Assembly (NCBI GenBank): GCA_947629005.1
Contig: CANRCD010000001.1
Location: 159,550 to 223,549, forward strand
Direction of reading: 5' to 3'
DNA: 64,000 nt
Source: an uncultured Clostridia bacterium
GTDB taxonomy: Bacteria > Bacillota > Clostridia > UMGS1883
The translations under genes and the position numbers were made by a program. Each line of letters begins with the position of its first letter. Within the stretch, counting starts at the first letter, position 1. Under the pieces are notes generated by a model. That model was given only the letters and a program-made list of their open reading frames with translations, made no database searches and had not been told where the DNA came from. Shown here piece after piece: positions 11,185 through 20,129 of this stretch.

Positions 11185-11213
11185 GAAAATCCGCTCAAAA
11201 TGAGCGGATTTTC
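11185..11213. terminator. Intrinsic terminator hairpin GAAAATCCGCTCAAAATGAGCGGATTTTC (copy 1 of a repeated element)
   Basis: Perfect palindrome flanked by A/T runs, lying between the convergent prsA-like and yitT-like genes. Confidence 0.6.
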
Positions 11214-11309
11214 TGCGTTTTTCGGCGCACCCGACTTGTGACGACGGCCGTTCCGCACTGCTTTTTCGGCCCGCGCCTCCAAGCTACAGAGCGAATTTAA
11301 CGGCCCTTT

Positions 11310-12188
11310 TTAAGCCAGCTTTTTTAAAAAATTTCCCTCAATTTTTACGCCCTCTTTTACGATAACAAAGGCGCGGGGGTCTATCTCGCGGACTATATGG
11401 CGCAGCGCTGAAAGCTCGTATTTGCTCAGAGTCACGCAGAGCACCTGCCTGTCCTCGTCGGTATAGGCTCCCTTGCCTGTCCACGAGGTCACGCCGCGCA
11501 CAAGGCGGTTGTTGATGGCCTCGGATATTTCCTTGCCGTGCTCCTTGGTTATAATGGTAGCCTCCGCATTGACGCTTTGGGAGTAGGTTTTGTCAAGTGC
11601 GAGAGAGCTGCAAAACGCAAATATAATTGAATAAATGGCGGTTTCAACGTCAAAGAGAACCATGCACACGCCGTAGAGAACCACATTAAGCATAAGGCTC
11701 ATGTTGCCTACGCTTACGGGCAGGTCACGCTTTATGCAGTAAAGGCTTACTACGTCCATGCCGCCCGAGCTGCTGCCCATTCGCAGCGTGAGGCCTATGC
11801 CAAAGCCCGAGATAAACCCGCCGATGATACAGGCGACAAGACGGTCGTTTACTATCGGCGCCGCCGGCGACGGTATCAGCGATGTAAATACCGAGATGGC
11901 CGTAACGCAAAGCAGCGTGCGGAACAAAAAACGCTTGCCTATGGAGCGGTAGGCCATAATAAAAATAGGAATATTGATTATGTAATACAGAATACCGGCT
12001 ATATCGAACGGGAAATCAATAATGCGCCCGAGCAGAGTGCGTATTAGCTGGCAGATTCCCATGATTCCGCCGCTGTATAGGCCTATGCCCGAGATGAACA
12101 TATTTATGCCGAACGAGTAGAAGAATGCTCCTGCCACCGCCATGGCGGTTTTCCATACGAAGTTCAATTTTTTTAGTCTTTCGCTCAT
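11310..12188 (-). CDS. YitT family membrane protein (DUF161 with C-terminal DUF2179)
   Basis: Five-TM N-terminal region followed by the C-terminal VTLSKYELSALRHIVREIDPRAFV...IKEHGKEI DUF2179-like module. Start taken at the internal ATG (MSERLKK) with an AAAGGGG RBS. Confidence 0.6.
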   Translation of the reverse strand: MSERLKKLNFVWKTAMAVAGAFFYSFGINMFISGIGLYSGGIMGICQLIRTLLGRIIDFPFDIAGILYYIINIPIFIMAYRSIGKRFLFRTLLCVTAISVFTSLIPSPAAPIVNDRLVACIIGGFISGFGIGLTLRMGSSSGGMDVVSLYCIKRDLPVSVGNMSLMLNVVLYGVCMVLFDVETAIYSIIFAFCSSLALDKTYSQSVNAEATIITKEHGKEISEAINNRLVRGVTSWTGKGAYTDEDRQVLCVTLSKYELSALRHIVREIDPRAFVIVKEGVKIEGNFLKKLA

Positions 12189-12334
12189 GAGAGACGCCCC
12201 TTTGCATATTTCTGATTTTAGATTACCATATTCCGCAAAAAAAAGCAAGCGAGTTATAAAAATAATCAAAAAAATTATAGCCAAGCCGTTGATTTTCTGA
12301 TACAATGGTAAAAAGCAGAAAAGGAGGTTTTATA

Positions 12335-14311
12335 ATGGCAAACGTGACCGCTGAAAATAACAGGATAATCTTCGCTATGCGTGACGAAACCGTTGTTATT
12401 GAACCGTACGGCCCCGACTGCATTAGGGTGAGGGCCACCCGTTTAGGCAGTCCGTCTGATGAGGGATGGACACTGCTGCCGCCTGAGGAGTGCGACTGTA
12501 CGGTGATAGCGGGCCGCGATAGGGCGGAAATAATAAACGGCAAAATCAGCGCCGAAATTTTTGGCGTGTGGGGCGGACGGAAGCTTGTTGTTCGCAAGAA
12601 CGGCAAGGTTATTCTCGAAAGCCGCGAGGAGGGCGATCCCGTCTGCCGATACAGGCATATCGCGGGCGATATGTACCAAGTGACGGCGATGTTTGAGGCG
12701 AACGACGGCGAGCATATTTACGGCCTCGGGCAGGAGCAGCAGGATTTTTTCGACCGCAAGGGCTGCGCCGTGGATTTAGTCCACTACAACACAAAATCCA
12801 CTCTGCCGGTGATATATTCCTCGCTCGGCTACGGCTTCCTTTGGAACAATCCCTCGCCCGGCAGATGTGAGTTCACCAATAACCGTACGCTTTGGCAGGC
12901 CGGCTGCGCCCGTCAGGCGGACTACCTTATTTTCGCGGGCGAAACCCCCGCCGAGACAATGAGAATTTACTGCCGACTGACGGGTCTGCCGCCGAAAACT
13001 CCGGCTTGGGCGGCAGGCTTTTGGCAGTGCAAGCTTCGCTATGAAAGTCAGGACGATCTGCTTGCCGTGGCGCGCGAGTACAAACGGCGGGGAGTGACTC
13101 CCGACGCCATAGTCATCGACTATTTTCATTGGACGGAGCAGGGCGACTGGGACTTTGACCCCGCTCTGTGGCCCGCCCCCGCCGCTATGTGCCGCGAGCT
13201 TGAGGATATGGGTATCAGACCGGTGGTTTCAATATGGCCGACTATTAACCCCGCCAGCCGGAACTATCGCCCTATGGATGAAAGTAACCTGCTTGTCCGC
13301 ACCGAGAACGGTCAGTACGGTATATTTGATTTTTACGGCCAGCAGACGTTTATCGACCCCACAAACCCCGAAACTCGGGAGTACGTGTGGGAGCAGGTTA
13401 AAAAGAGCTACTACTCCTACGGTATCAAGACCTTCTGGCTGGATGAGGCCGAGCCCGAGGTTCACCCGCAGCAGTTCGGCAACCTGCGCTTTTACCTCGG
13501 GAACGGCGCGGAAATGGCCATGCTCTATCCTTATTACTATGCTAAGACCTTCTATGACGGCCTTAAGGCCGAGGGTGAGGAGGAAATTGTCTCCTTGACG
13601 CGTGCGGCGTGGCCCGGCAGCCAAAAATTCGGCGCGATAGTCTGGAACGGCGACATACCCTCCACCTTCGACGCACTGCGCCAAAGCGTGGTTTCGGGGC
13701 TTTCGATGTCCGTCTGCGGCATACCGCTGTGGAACAGCGACATAGGCGGTTTTCATCAGGGCGACACAGAGAGCGCTTACTTCCGCGAGCTCATAGTGCG
13801 ATGGTTCCAATTTGGGTTGTTTTGCCCGATTATGCGCCTCCACGGCGCTAGGAAACGCACTTCGGGACAGATTGACCGTCACCCCGGCGTGAAGGAGGCC
13901 AGCGGAGGCGACAATGAGCTCTGGTCCTTCGGCGAGGAAAACTATCCCGTGCTCAGAGGGCTTGTGCTGCTCCGCCAGCGGCTGCGGCCATACATATTAA
14001 GGCAGCTTGACGAGACGTCGAAAAACGGCTCTCCGCTTATGAGGCCAATGTTCTTTGACTTTTACAATGACGAAAGGTGCTATGAGCTAAGCGACCAGTA
14101 TATGTTTGGGCCGGACATACTTTTTGCGCCTATCTGCGCCGAGGGCCGGACCGAACGGAGCGTTTACCTGCCGGAGGGCCAGTGGGTGCGCGTGGGCGGC
14201 TGCGGGGAGCCAGAGCTCGGCGGGCGCGACATAGTCTGCCATGCCGAGATAAACGAGTTTATTGCATTTGTTCGCGAGGGGGCCGACGTACTGGAGGCGT
14301 TTGGAAAATAA
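12335..14311 (+). CDS. Glycoside hydrolase family 31 (alpha-xylosidase/alpha-glucosidase, YicI-like)
   Basis: GH31 catalytic-region motifs (GFWQCK..., WLDEAEPE, VWNGDIPSTFDALRQS...WNSDIGGF). AAAGGAGG RBS before the ATG. Confidence 0.8.
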   Translation: MANVTAENNRIIFAMRDETVVIEPYGPDCIRVRATRLGSPSDEGWTLLPPEECDCTVIAGRDRAEIINGKISAEIFGVWGGRKLVVRKNGKVILESREEGDPVCRYRHIAGDMYQVTAMFEANDGEHIYGLGQEQQDFFDRKGCAVDLVHYNTKSTLPVIYSSLGYGFLWNNPSPGRCEFTNNRTLWQAGCARQADYLIFAGETPAETMRIYCRLTGLPPKTPAWAAGFWQCKLRYESQDDLLAVAREYKRRGVTPDAIVIDYFHWTEQGDWDFDPALWPAPAAMCRELEDMGIRPVVSIWPTINPASRNYRPMDESNLLVRTENGQYGIFDFYGQQTFIDPTNPETREYVWEQVKKSYYSYGIKTFWLDEAEPEVHPQQFGNLRFYLGNGAEMAMLYPYYYAKTFYDGLKAEGEEEIVSLTRAAWPGSQKFGAIVWNGDIPSTFDALRQSVVSGLSMSVCGIPLWNSDIGGFHQGDTESAYFRELIVRWFQFGLFCPIMRLHGARKRTSGQIDRHPGVKEASGGDNELWSFGEENYPVLRGLVLLRQRLRPYILRQLDETSKNGSPLMRPMFFDFYNDERCYELSDQYMFGPDILFAPICAEGRTERSVYLPEGQWVRVGGCGEPELGGRDIVCHAEINEFIAFVREGADVLEAFGK

Positions 14312-14334
14312 AGCCGATTTTTCTAAAAAAGCCA

Positions 14335-14363
14335 TTGACAAAAGGCAAAATCTGTGATATTAT
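14335..14363 (+). promoter_or_regulatory. sigma-A promoter (TTGACA-17-TATTATAAT) driving the TPP riboswitch operon
   Basis: Near-consensus hexamers read from the sequence. Confidence 0.7.
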
Positions 14364-14367
14364 AATA

Positions 14368-14455
14368 ACCGCATTAGAGGTGCCGCAAGGCTGAGAAAGG
14401 CTTCGCCTTAACTCTTATAACCTGATCAGAGTAATTTCTGCGTAGGAAAATGTGT
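14368..14455 (+). promoter_or_regulatory. TPP (THI-box) riboswitch
   Basis: GGTGCC...GCTGAGA...AACCTGATCAGAGTAATTTCTGCGTAGGAA matches the THI-element core (CUGAGA ... AACCUGAUC ... GCGUAGGGA). A GC hairpin at 14483..14504 is a plausible expression-platform stem. The genes downstream are thiamine-related. Confidence 0.85.
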
Positions 14456-14542
14456 AAGTTGCCCATTTTTTCATGTTTTTTCGCCGCGGAAGTTATTCCG
14501 CGGCATTTCTTCTGACATTATTTTTGAAAGGACAGACGTCGA

Positions 14543-14851
14543 ATGAACGAAAAACAGCCCGAGGCAAGCATAGCCATCCAGTGCCTCCCCAAGGTCGAGG
14601 GCGAGGAAGTGATCCGCGTGGTGGACAAGGTTATTGAGTACATAAAGTCCACCGGACTAAATACCTTTGTCGGCCCGTTTGAGACTACAGTGGAGGGCGA
14701 TTACGACACTCTTATGGACATAGTGAAGGAGTGCCAGCTTATATGTATACGTGAGGGCGCGCCCTCGGTGTCGAGCTATGTCAAAATCGCGCTCAACCCC
14801 AAGGCAGGTGTGTGGACCATTGACAAAAAAACCGCGAAGTATCATCAGTAA
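14543..14851 (+). CDS. MTH1187/YkoF-family thiamine-binding protein (single-domain, DUF77-like)
   Basis: 102 aa. It is the first gene after the TPP riboswitch, and B. subtilis ykoF is also TPP-riboswitch controlled. Confidence 0.55.
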   Translation: MNEKQPEASIAIQCLPKVEGEEVIRVVDKVIEYIKSTGLNTFVGPFETTVEGDYDTLMDIVKECQLICIREGAPSVSSYVKIALNPKAGVWTIDKKTAKYHQ

Positions 14852-15590
14852 GCTCTGCCCGATCGTTTTTTTGGCGCTAATACTTGCCGTGTGGGAGGGC
14901 GTATGCCGCGCGGGGCTCGTGCGGGAGTTTATGCTCCCCTCGCCGACAAAGGTCTTTAAGGCGCTGATAACCGAGGCGCCGACGCTGCTTTCACACAGCC
15001 GCGTAACGCTGCTCGAGGCGGCGGCGGGACTTGGACTCAGCATAGCGGCGGCCCTTGTGCTGGCCGTGCTGATGGACCGCTTCACCCTGCTTTACGAGGC
15101 AGGATACCCGCTCGCCGTGGTGACTCAGACTATACCGACTGTTGCGATTGCGCCACTTTTGGTGCTGTGGTTCGGCTACGGCATGGCCCCCAAAATAGTG
15201 TTGATTTTTGTGGCCTGCTTTTTTCCAATGCTGATAGCCCTTCTGGGCGGCTTCAAAACCGCCGACCCCGGCGTGCTGAGACTTTACCGCTCGATGGGAG
15301 CGGGGTATCTGCGCGTGCTGTGGGACGTTAAGCTTCCGTACGCGCTTGACAGCTTCTTTTCCGGACTGCGTATCTCGGTCTCGTATTCCGTCATCGGAGC
15401 GGTGATTTCGGAATGGCTTGGCGGCAGCGGCGGCCTCGGCGTGTATATGACGAGGGTGCGCAAGTCCTTCGCCTTTGACAAAATGTTCGCCGTCATTATC
15501 GTCACAAGCGCGGTCAGCCTTGTGCTTATCAAGCTTGTTGACGTTATCCACGCGGCTGTGATGCCGTGGAAAAAATATGAAAAGAATTGA
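14820..15590 (+). CDS. thiX: ABC transporter permease, NitT/TauT family (ThiX-like HMP/precursor importer)
   Basis: Binding-protein-dependent permease with TM segments. The start is uncertain: TTG at 14820 (MTKKPRSIISKLCPIVFLAL...) versus an upstream ATG at 14778 or GTG at 14751 overlapping the previous gene. Confidence 0.7.
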   Translation: MTKKPRSIISKLCPIVFLALILAVWEGVCRAGLVREFMLPSPTKVFKALITEAPTLLSHSRVTLLEAAAGLGLSIAAALVLAVLMDRFTLLYEAGYPLAVVTQTIPTVAIAPLLVLWFGYGMAPKIVLIFVACFFPMLIALLGGFKTADPGVLRLYRSMGAGYLRVLWDVKLPYALDSFFSGLRISVSYSVIGAVISEWLGGSGGLGVYMTRVRKSFAFDKMFAVIIVTSAVSLVLIKLVDVIHAAVMPWKKYEKN

Positions 15591-15600
15591 GGAAATAAAA

Positions 15601-16617
15601 ATGAAAATAAAAAAGCTTATATGCCTGCTCACCGCAGGCTCCATCGCCGCCCTTTCCGGATGCGGCGCAAATACGGCCCCCGATAACGCCGCGGACGGCG
15701 AAAACGCCGCTCCCCAAACGGAAAAGGTCTCCCTTGTCCTTGACTGGACGCCCAACACCAACCACACAGGCTTTTACGTTGCGAAGGCGCTCGGATACTA
15801 TGACGAGGCCGGTATTGACCTCGATATAATTCAGCCCCCCGAGGACGGAGCCGAGGCCCTTGTCGCCAGCGGCAAAGCGCAATTCGGTATTGCCTTTCAG
15901 GATACCATCGCTGCGGCCTATGCCTCAGACACCCCGCTGCCTGTAACGAGCATAGCCGCCATAATTAACCACAACACCAGCGGCATCATTTCCCGCGCGG
16001 ACAAGGGTATTGACAGCTTTGCCAAGCTTGAGGGCCACACTTACGCCACTTGGGACAGCCCTATTGAGCAAAACGTCATAAAGGCCGCTATGGAGGCCGA
16101 AGGCGGCGACTTCGACAAGGTGGAGCTTGTTTCTACCACGGTAACAGACGTTATGGCCGCTCTTCAGACAGACCTTATCGACAGCGTGTGGGTTTACGAG
16201 GGCTGGGATGTGGCCAAGGCCAAGGTTGACGCGGTAGAGTACAATTATCTCGACTTTGCCAAGAGCAATCCCGTGCTTGATTACTATTCTCCCACAATAA
16301 TCACGAATAACGACCTTATGGAAAGCGATCCCGAGCTTATCCGCGCCTTCCTATCCGCCACTAAGAAAGGCTACGAGTACTGCGTGGAGAACCCCGAGGA
16401 GGCCGGTAATATCCTCTGCGAGGCCGTGCCGGAGCTCGACAAAGCTCTTGTGCAGGAAAGCATGAAGTTCCTTTCCACAGCCTATATCGGCGACGGCGAC
16501 AGCTGGGGCTATATCGACGACGCCCGCTGGAAGGGCTTTTACGATTGGCTCTATAATAACGGCCTTATTGAAAAGGAACTCGGCTCCTTCGGCTATACCA
16601 ACGAGTTCCTTGACTGA
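15601..16617 (+). CDS. thiY: NMT1/THI5-like substrate-binding lipoprotein (ThiY-like)
   Basis: Lipobox LSGC and an NMT1/THI5-like domain (LDWTPNTNHTGFYVAKALGYY...). Confidence 0.75.
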   Translation: MKIKKLICLLTAGSIAALSGCGANTAPDNAADGENAAPQTEKVSLVLDWTPNTNHTGFYVAKALGYYDEAGIDLDIIQPPEDGAEALVASGKAQFGIAFQDTIAAAYASDTPLPVTSIAAIINHNTSGIISRADKGIDSFAKLEGHTYATWDSPIEQNVIKAAMEAEGGDFDKVELVSTTVTDVMAALQTDLIDSVWVYEGWDVAKAKVDAVEYNYLDFAKSNPVLDYYSPTIITNNDLMESDPELIRAFLSATKKGYEYCVENPEEAGNILCEAVPELDKALVQESMKFLSTAYIGDGDSWGYIDDARWKGFYDWLYNNGLIEKELGSFGYTNEFLD

Positions 16618-16618
16618 T

Positions 16619-17383
16619 ATGGAGGCTGTACTTAAAGCGGAAGGTATCGCCAAGAGCTACGAGGGCCGCCGTGTGCTTTCCGACATAAACGTGACCCTCG
16701 GCAAAGGGGAGACCGTATGCCTTTTAGGGGTCAGCGGCATAGGCAAAACGACGCTGTTCAACATTCTTTCGGGCCTCGAAGCTCCCGACAGCGGCCGCGT
16801 GCTGCTTGGAGGCGAGGACGTGACTGGAAAAAGCGGGCTCGTGGGCTATATGCAGCAGAGCGACCTTTTGCTGCCATACCGAACTATAGCCGAAAACGCC
16901 GCGCTGCCGCTCATACTGCGCGGCGAAAAGAAGCGCGACGCCGTTAAAAAGGCCTCGGCCATGCTGGCTGACTTTGGCCTTGAGGGCTGTGAGAAGCTTT
17001 ACCCCGCTCAGCTTTCGGGCGGTATGCGCCAGCGGGCTGCGCTGCTTCGAAGCTGCCTGTTCTCGTCCACGGCTTTGCTTATGGACGAGCCCTTCAGCGC
17101 GCTCGACGCCATAACCCGAGCCGGTATGCAGAAGTGGTTCAAGCGCGTCGCGCGGGAGCAGGGGCTGTCGGTGTTCCTCATAACGCACGACATCAATGAG
17201 GCATTGCTTCTTTCGGACAGGATATACATTCTCGCCGGAAGCCCCGGCAAAATAATTTGCGAGCTTCCAAACTCCCTGCCCGAGGGAGAAAATCCAGAGC
17301 TGACGCGGGAATTTCTCGAAAGTAAGATAAAAATAACCGAGCTCGTAGCGGGCGGCGGGCAGCAGCCAAACGGAAAGGATTGA
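16619..17383 (+). CDS. thiZ: ABC transporter ATP-binding protein (ThiZ-like)
   Basis: Walker A GVSGIGKTT, LSGGMRQR signature and Walker B LLMDEP. Confidence 0.8.
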   Translation: MEAVLKAEGIAKSYEGRRVLSDINVTLGKGETVCLLGVSGIGKTTLFNILSGLEAPDSGRVLLGGEDVTGKSGLVGYMQQSDLLLPYRTIAENAALPLILRGEKKRDAVKKASAMLADFGLEGCEKLYPAQLSGGMRQRAALLRSCLFSSTALLMDEPFSALDAITRAGMQKWFKRVAREQGLSVFLITHDINEALLLSDRIYILAGSPGKIICELPNSLPEGENPELTREFLESKIKITELVAGGGQQPNGKD

Positions 17384-17387
17384 TATC

Positions 17388-18230
17388 ATGCGTGAAATCT
17401 CGGCCGAAGAAATAGCCGCTTGCGCGGCCCGTCTCTGTACCGAGGCAAATTTTGACTTGTGCGGCGACGTTTACGGCTGCCTTGAGAGGGCGGCTGAAAG
17501 CGAGGAGTCACCGGTGGGGAAAAGCATTCTCGGGCAGATAATCAAAAATGCCGATATAGCGCGGGAAAAACAGGCGCCTATATGTCAGGATACAGGTATG
17601 GCCGTATTCTTCGCGGAGCTCGGCTGCGACATACACATTACCGGCGGCACTCTTGAGGAGGCCGTAAACGAGGGAGTCCGCAGAGGCTACGCCGAGGGTT
17701 ATCTTCGCAAAAGTATTGTGGCCGATCCGCTTCGCAGAACGAACACCGGCGACAACACCCCCGCCATTGTGCATATATCAACTGTCTCCGGCGACAAGCT
17801 TACGCTCACTGTCGCTCCGAAGGGCTTCGGCAGCGAAAACATGAGCGCGCTCAAAATGCTTAAACCCTCCGACGGTGAGGACGGAGTTAAGGATTTCGTT
17901 GTCGATACCGTTTCTAAGGGCGGAGGCAATCCCTGCCCGCCCATCGTTGTCGGCGTCGGTATTGGCGGCGATATGGAGATGGCAGCCATTCTTGCCAAAA
18001 AGGCGCTGACGCTTCCTCTCGATAAATCCAATCCCGACCCGTACTACGCCGATATGGAGCGCGAGCTTTTGGAGCGAATAAACCGCCTCGGCATAGGGCC
18101 GCAGGGCCTCGGCGGCAGAACCACAGCGCTGAAAGTAAATATTCTGACCTATCCCACGCATATAGCTGGCCTTCCGGTGGCCGTGAATATAAGCTGCCAT
18201 GTAACACGGCACAAAACCGCGACGATATAA
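17388..18230 (+). CDS. Fe-S hydro-lyase alpha subunit (class I fumarate hydratase / L(+)-tartrate dehydratase alpha-like), orphan
   Basis: 280 aa with the catalytic-subunit Cys motifs ICQDTGM, NPCPP and ISCHV. Only 4 nt separate it from the thiZ stop. No beta-subunit gene follows. Confidence 0.75.
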   Translation: MREISAEEIAACAARLCTEANFDLCGDVYGCLERAAESEESPVGKSILGQIIKNADIAREKQAPICQDTGMAVFFAELGCDIHITGGTLEEAVNEGVRRGYAEGYLRKSIVADPLRRTNTGDNTPAIVHISTVSGDKLTLTVAPKGFGSENMSALKMLKPSDGEDGVKDFVVDTVSKGGGNPCPPIVVGVGIGGDMEMAAILAKKALTLPLDKSNPDPYYADMERELLERINRLGIGPQGLGGRTTALKVNILTYPTHIAGLPVAVNISCHVTRHKTATI

Positions 18231-18332
18231 ACCGAGGCCGTAAAAAATTGCGCATATCGTTCAAGGGCTGAATGATTGATTTAAGGCTGCTTTGAGTAAT
18301 ATATGTTTACTGAAAAATAATGAATTAGTGTT

Positions 18333-18360
18333 GAAAATCCGCTCAAACGAGCGGATTTTC
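18333..18360. terminator. Intrinsic terminator hairpin GAAAATCCGCTCAAACGAGCGGATTTTC (copy 2 of the repeated element)
   Basis: Near-identical to the 11185..11213 hairpin. It follows the fumarase-alpha-like gene. Confidence 0.6.
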
Positions 18361-18508
18361 ATTGTATTATGTCCATTCTGCGCTATTTTTTCGGCTGGCC
18401 CCGTGCGCCTCAGGCTACAGTGGCAGGTTATCGCTGCGCAAATACCGGCGTCGCAACGCGAAGTCTCCTTTGTTTACACAATCTTAATCATTTGCATGAA
18501 AAAAAGAA

Positions 18509-18537
18509 TTGACTATAAAAGAAAAATGATGTATAAT
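18509..18537 (+). promoter_or_regulatory. sigma-A promoter (TTGACT-17-TATAAT) for murJ
   Basis: Consensus hexamers with a 17-nt spacer, 42 nt upstream of the murJ ATG. Confidence 0.65.
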
Positions 18538-18578
18538 AATATCATGTATAGTTATGTATAGTCATAGGAAGTGATGGA

Positions 18579-20129
18579 ATGAACGGCGCGGCTTACATTC
18601 TTGTCGTGATCGGGATTTTGCTTGCGAAGTGTCTCGGGTTCTTTCGGAACATGGTTTTCGCACAGACCTTTGGCGCAACGGAGCTTACGGATATATATCT
18701 CACGATTTTCACGGTCGTCAATTTGATTTTCACCGGCGTAGGTACGGCAATGCAGACCCTTGTCATCAAGCACATGAATAAGGAGGAAAACGCAGGCCGG
18801 CAAAAGGAATTTGTCGCTTCCTTTATGCGCCGCACAACGCTGATACTCGTTATTGTCACCGCGGCGCTCTACGCCCTCGCGAGGCCGCTTACTCACATTC
18901 TTGTGCCGGAGGTGAGCGCCGAAAACTTTCCTCTGGCGTTAAATGTAACTTACGTTATGCTGCCGAGTCTGATTTTTGTGGTGCTGGCCTACATCATCTC
19001 AGGCGTGCTCCAGAATAACAGGGTGTTCTTCATAACCTCGATAATGAGCCTGCCCTTTAACGTAATTCTTATAGCCGCTCTCTTTTTCCCGAAGGTGGAT
19101 ATCCTAACCATAAGCGTCGTAACGACTATAGGATGGTTTTTGCACATCGTGGTTCAGCTCCCGAACTTCTATAAGCTCGGTTTTCGTATGTTCAAGGGAG
19201 CCGGCGGGGGAGGGAGCCTCGGAAAAAACCGCGAGGTGTGGTACATTTTCGTTTCAAACATGATGTTTCAGTTCTGCTTCCTGCTTGATAAAATTGCCGT
19301 CAGCGGGAACGACGGCGCTTCCACAACGATAAGCTATTCCTCGGACTTGTTCGTTACTATTGCGAGCGTGTTCGTCGTGGCGATGAGCAGCGTGGTTTTT
19401 CCCTCTATAAGCCAGAACTACGAGGAGGGCAACCTCGCCTACGTGCGGAGCCTCATTCAGTACATCATTCTGACAATGTTAGCGATTTTCGTTCCGTTTA
19501 TTCTGACGGTGGGCTGCTTCGGACAGAATGTTATATGCCTGCTTTACGAGCACGGCAAGTTTACTCCCGACCTTACGGCCACGACGGCGCTGCTTTTCGC
19601 GATTTATACCCTCGGTGTGTTCGGCTACATGGCGCAGGAGCTTTTTAATAAGGTGCTTTACCTTGACGCTAAGTATAAATACACCGTGCTCGGCACTGTG
19701 TCCGTCGTGCTGCTAAAGCTCGTCTACAATATGACCGTTGGCAGGGCGGCGGGCGTTACGGCCGTGGTGGCAGCCACTACGGCGCTGTTCACGCTCTACG
19801 CTGCGAACGTAGCCTTGGCGATGAGGCGTGTTGTGGGCGATTACATTGACAGAGCGCAGCTTAAGAAAATTGCACGGGTGCTGCTTTCGGGAGCTTTGGC
19901 GCTTGCCGCGTTCTTTGTAATGAAAGCGTTTTTCCCGTCGCTTGTATCTGTCCGCCCCGAGGGTATGGGCATGGTCGGCAGGCTGCTGTTTTTGATACCG
20001 CTGCTGATTTGCGGCGCGGTTTACGTCGTTTCGATGGCGGCTACAGGCGCGCTTAAGGACATAATTTCCCGTCCGGAGGCAAGTAAAACACAGGAGGAAA
20101 CCGAAAATGAACAAATCCAAGCTCTATAA
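18579..20129 (+). CDS. murJ: Lipid II flippase MurJ/MviN (MOP superfamily)
   Basis: 516 aa polytopic protein with the typical MurJ N-terminus (LAKCLGFFRNMVFAQTFGAT.L.D.Y). Confidence 0.8.
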   Translation: MNGAAYILVVIGILLAKCLGFFRNMVFAQTFGATELTDIYLTIFTVVNLIFTGVGTAMQTLVIKHMNKEENAGRQKEFVASFMRRTTLILVIVTAALYALARPLTHILVPEVSAENFPLALNVTYVMLPSLIFVVLAYIISGVLQNNRVFFITSIMSLPFNVILIAALFFPKVDILTISVVTTIGWFLHIVVQLPNFYKLGFRMFKGAGGGGSLGKNREVWYIFVSNMMFQFCFLLDKIAVSGNDGASTTISYSSDLFVTIASVFVVAMSSVVFPSISQNYEEGNLAYVRSLIQYIILTMLAIFVPFILTVGCFGQNVICLLYEHGKFTPDLTATTALLFAIYTLGVFGYMAQELFNKVLYLDAKYKYTVLGTVSVVLLKLVYNMTVGRAAGVTAVVAATTALFTLYAANVALAMRRVVGDYIDRAQLKKIARVLLSGALALAAFFVMKAFFPSLVSVRPEGMGMVGRLLFLIPLLICGAVYVVSMAATGALKDIISRPEASKTQEETENEQIQAL

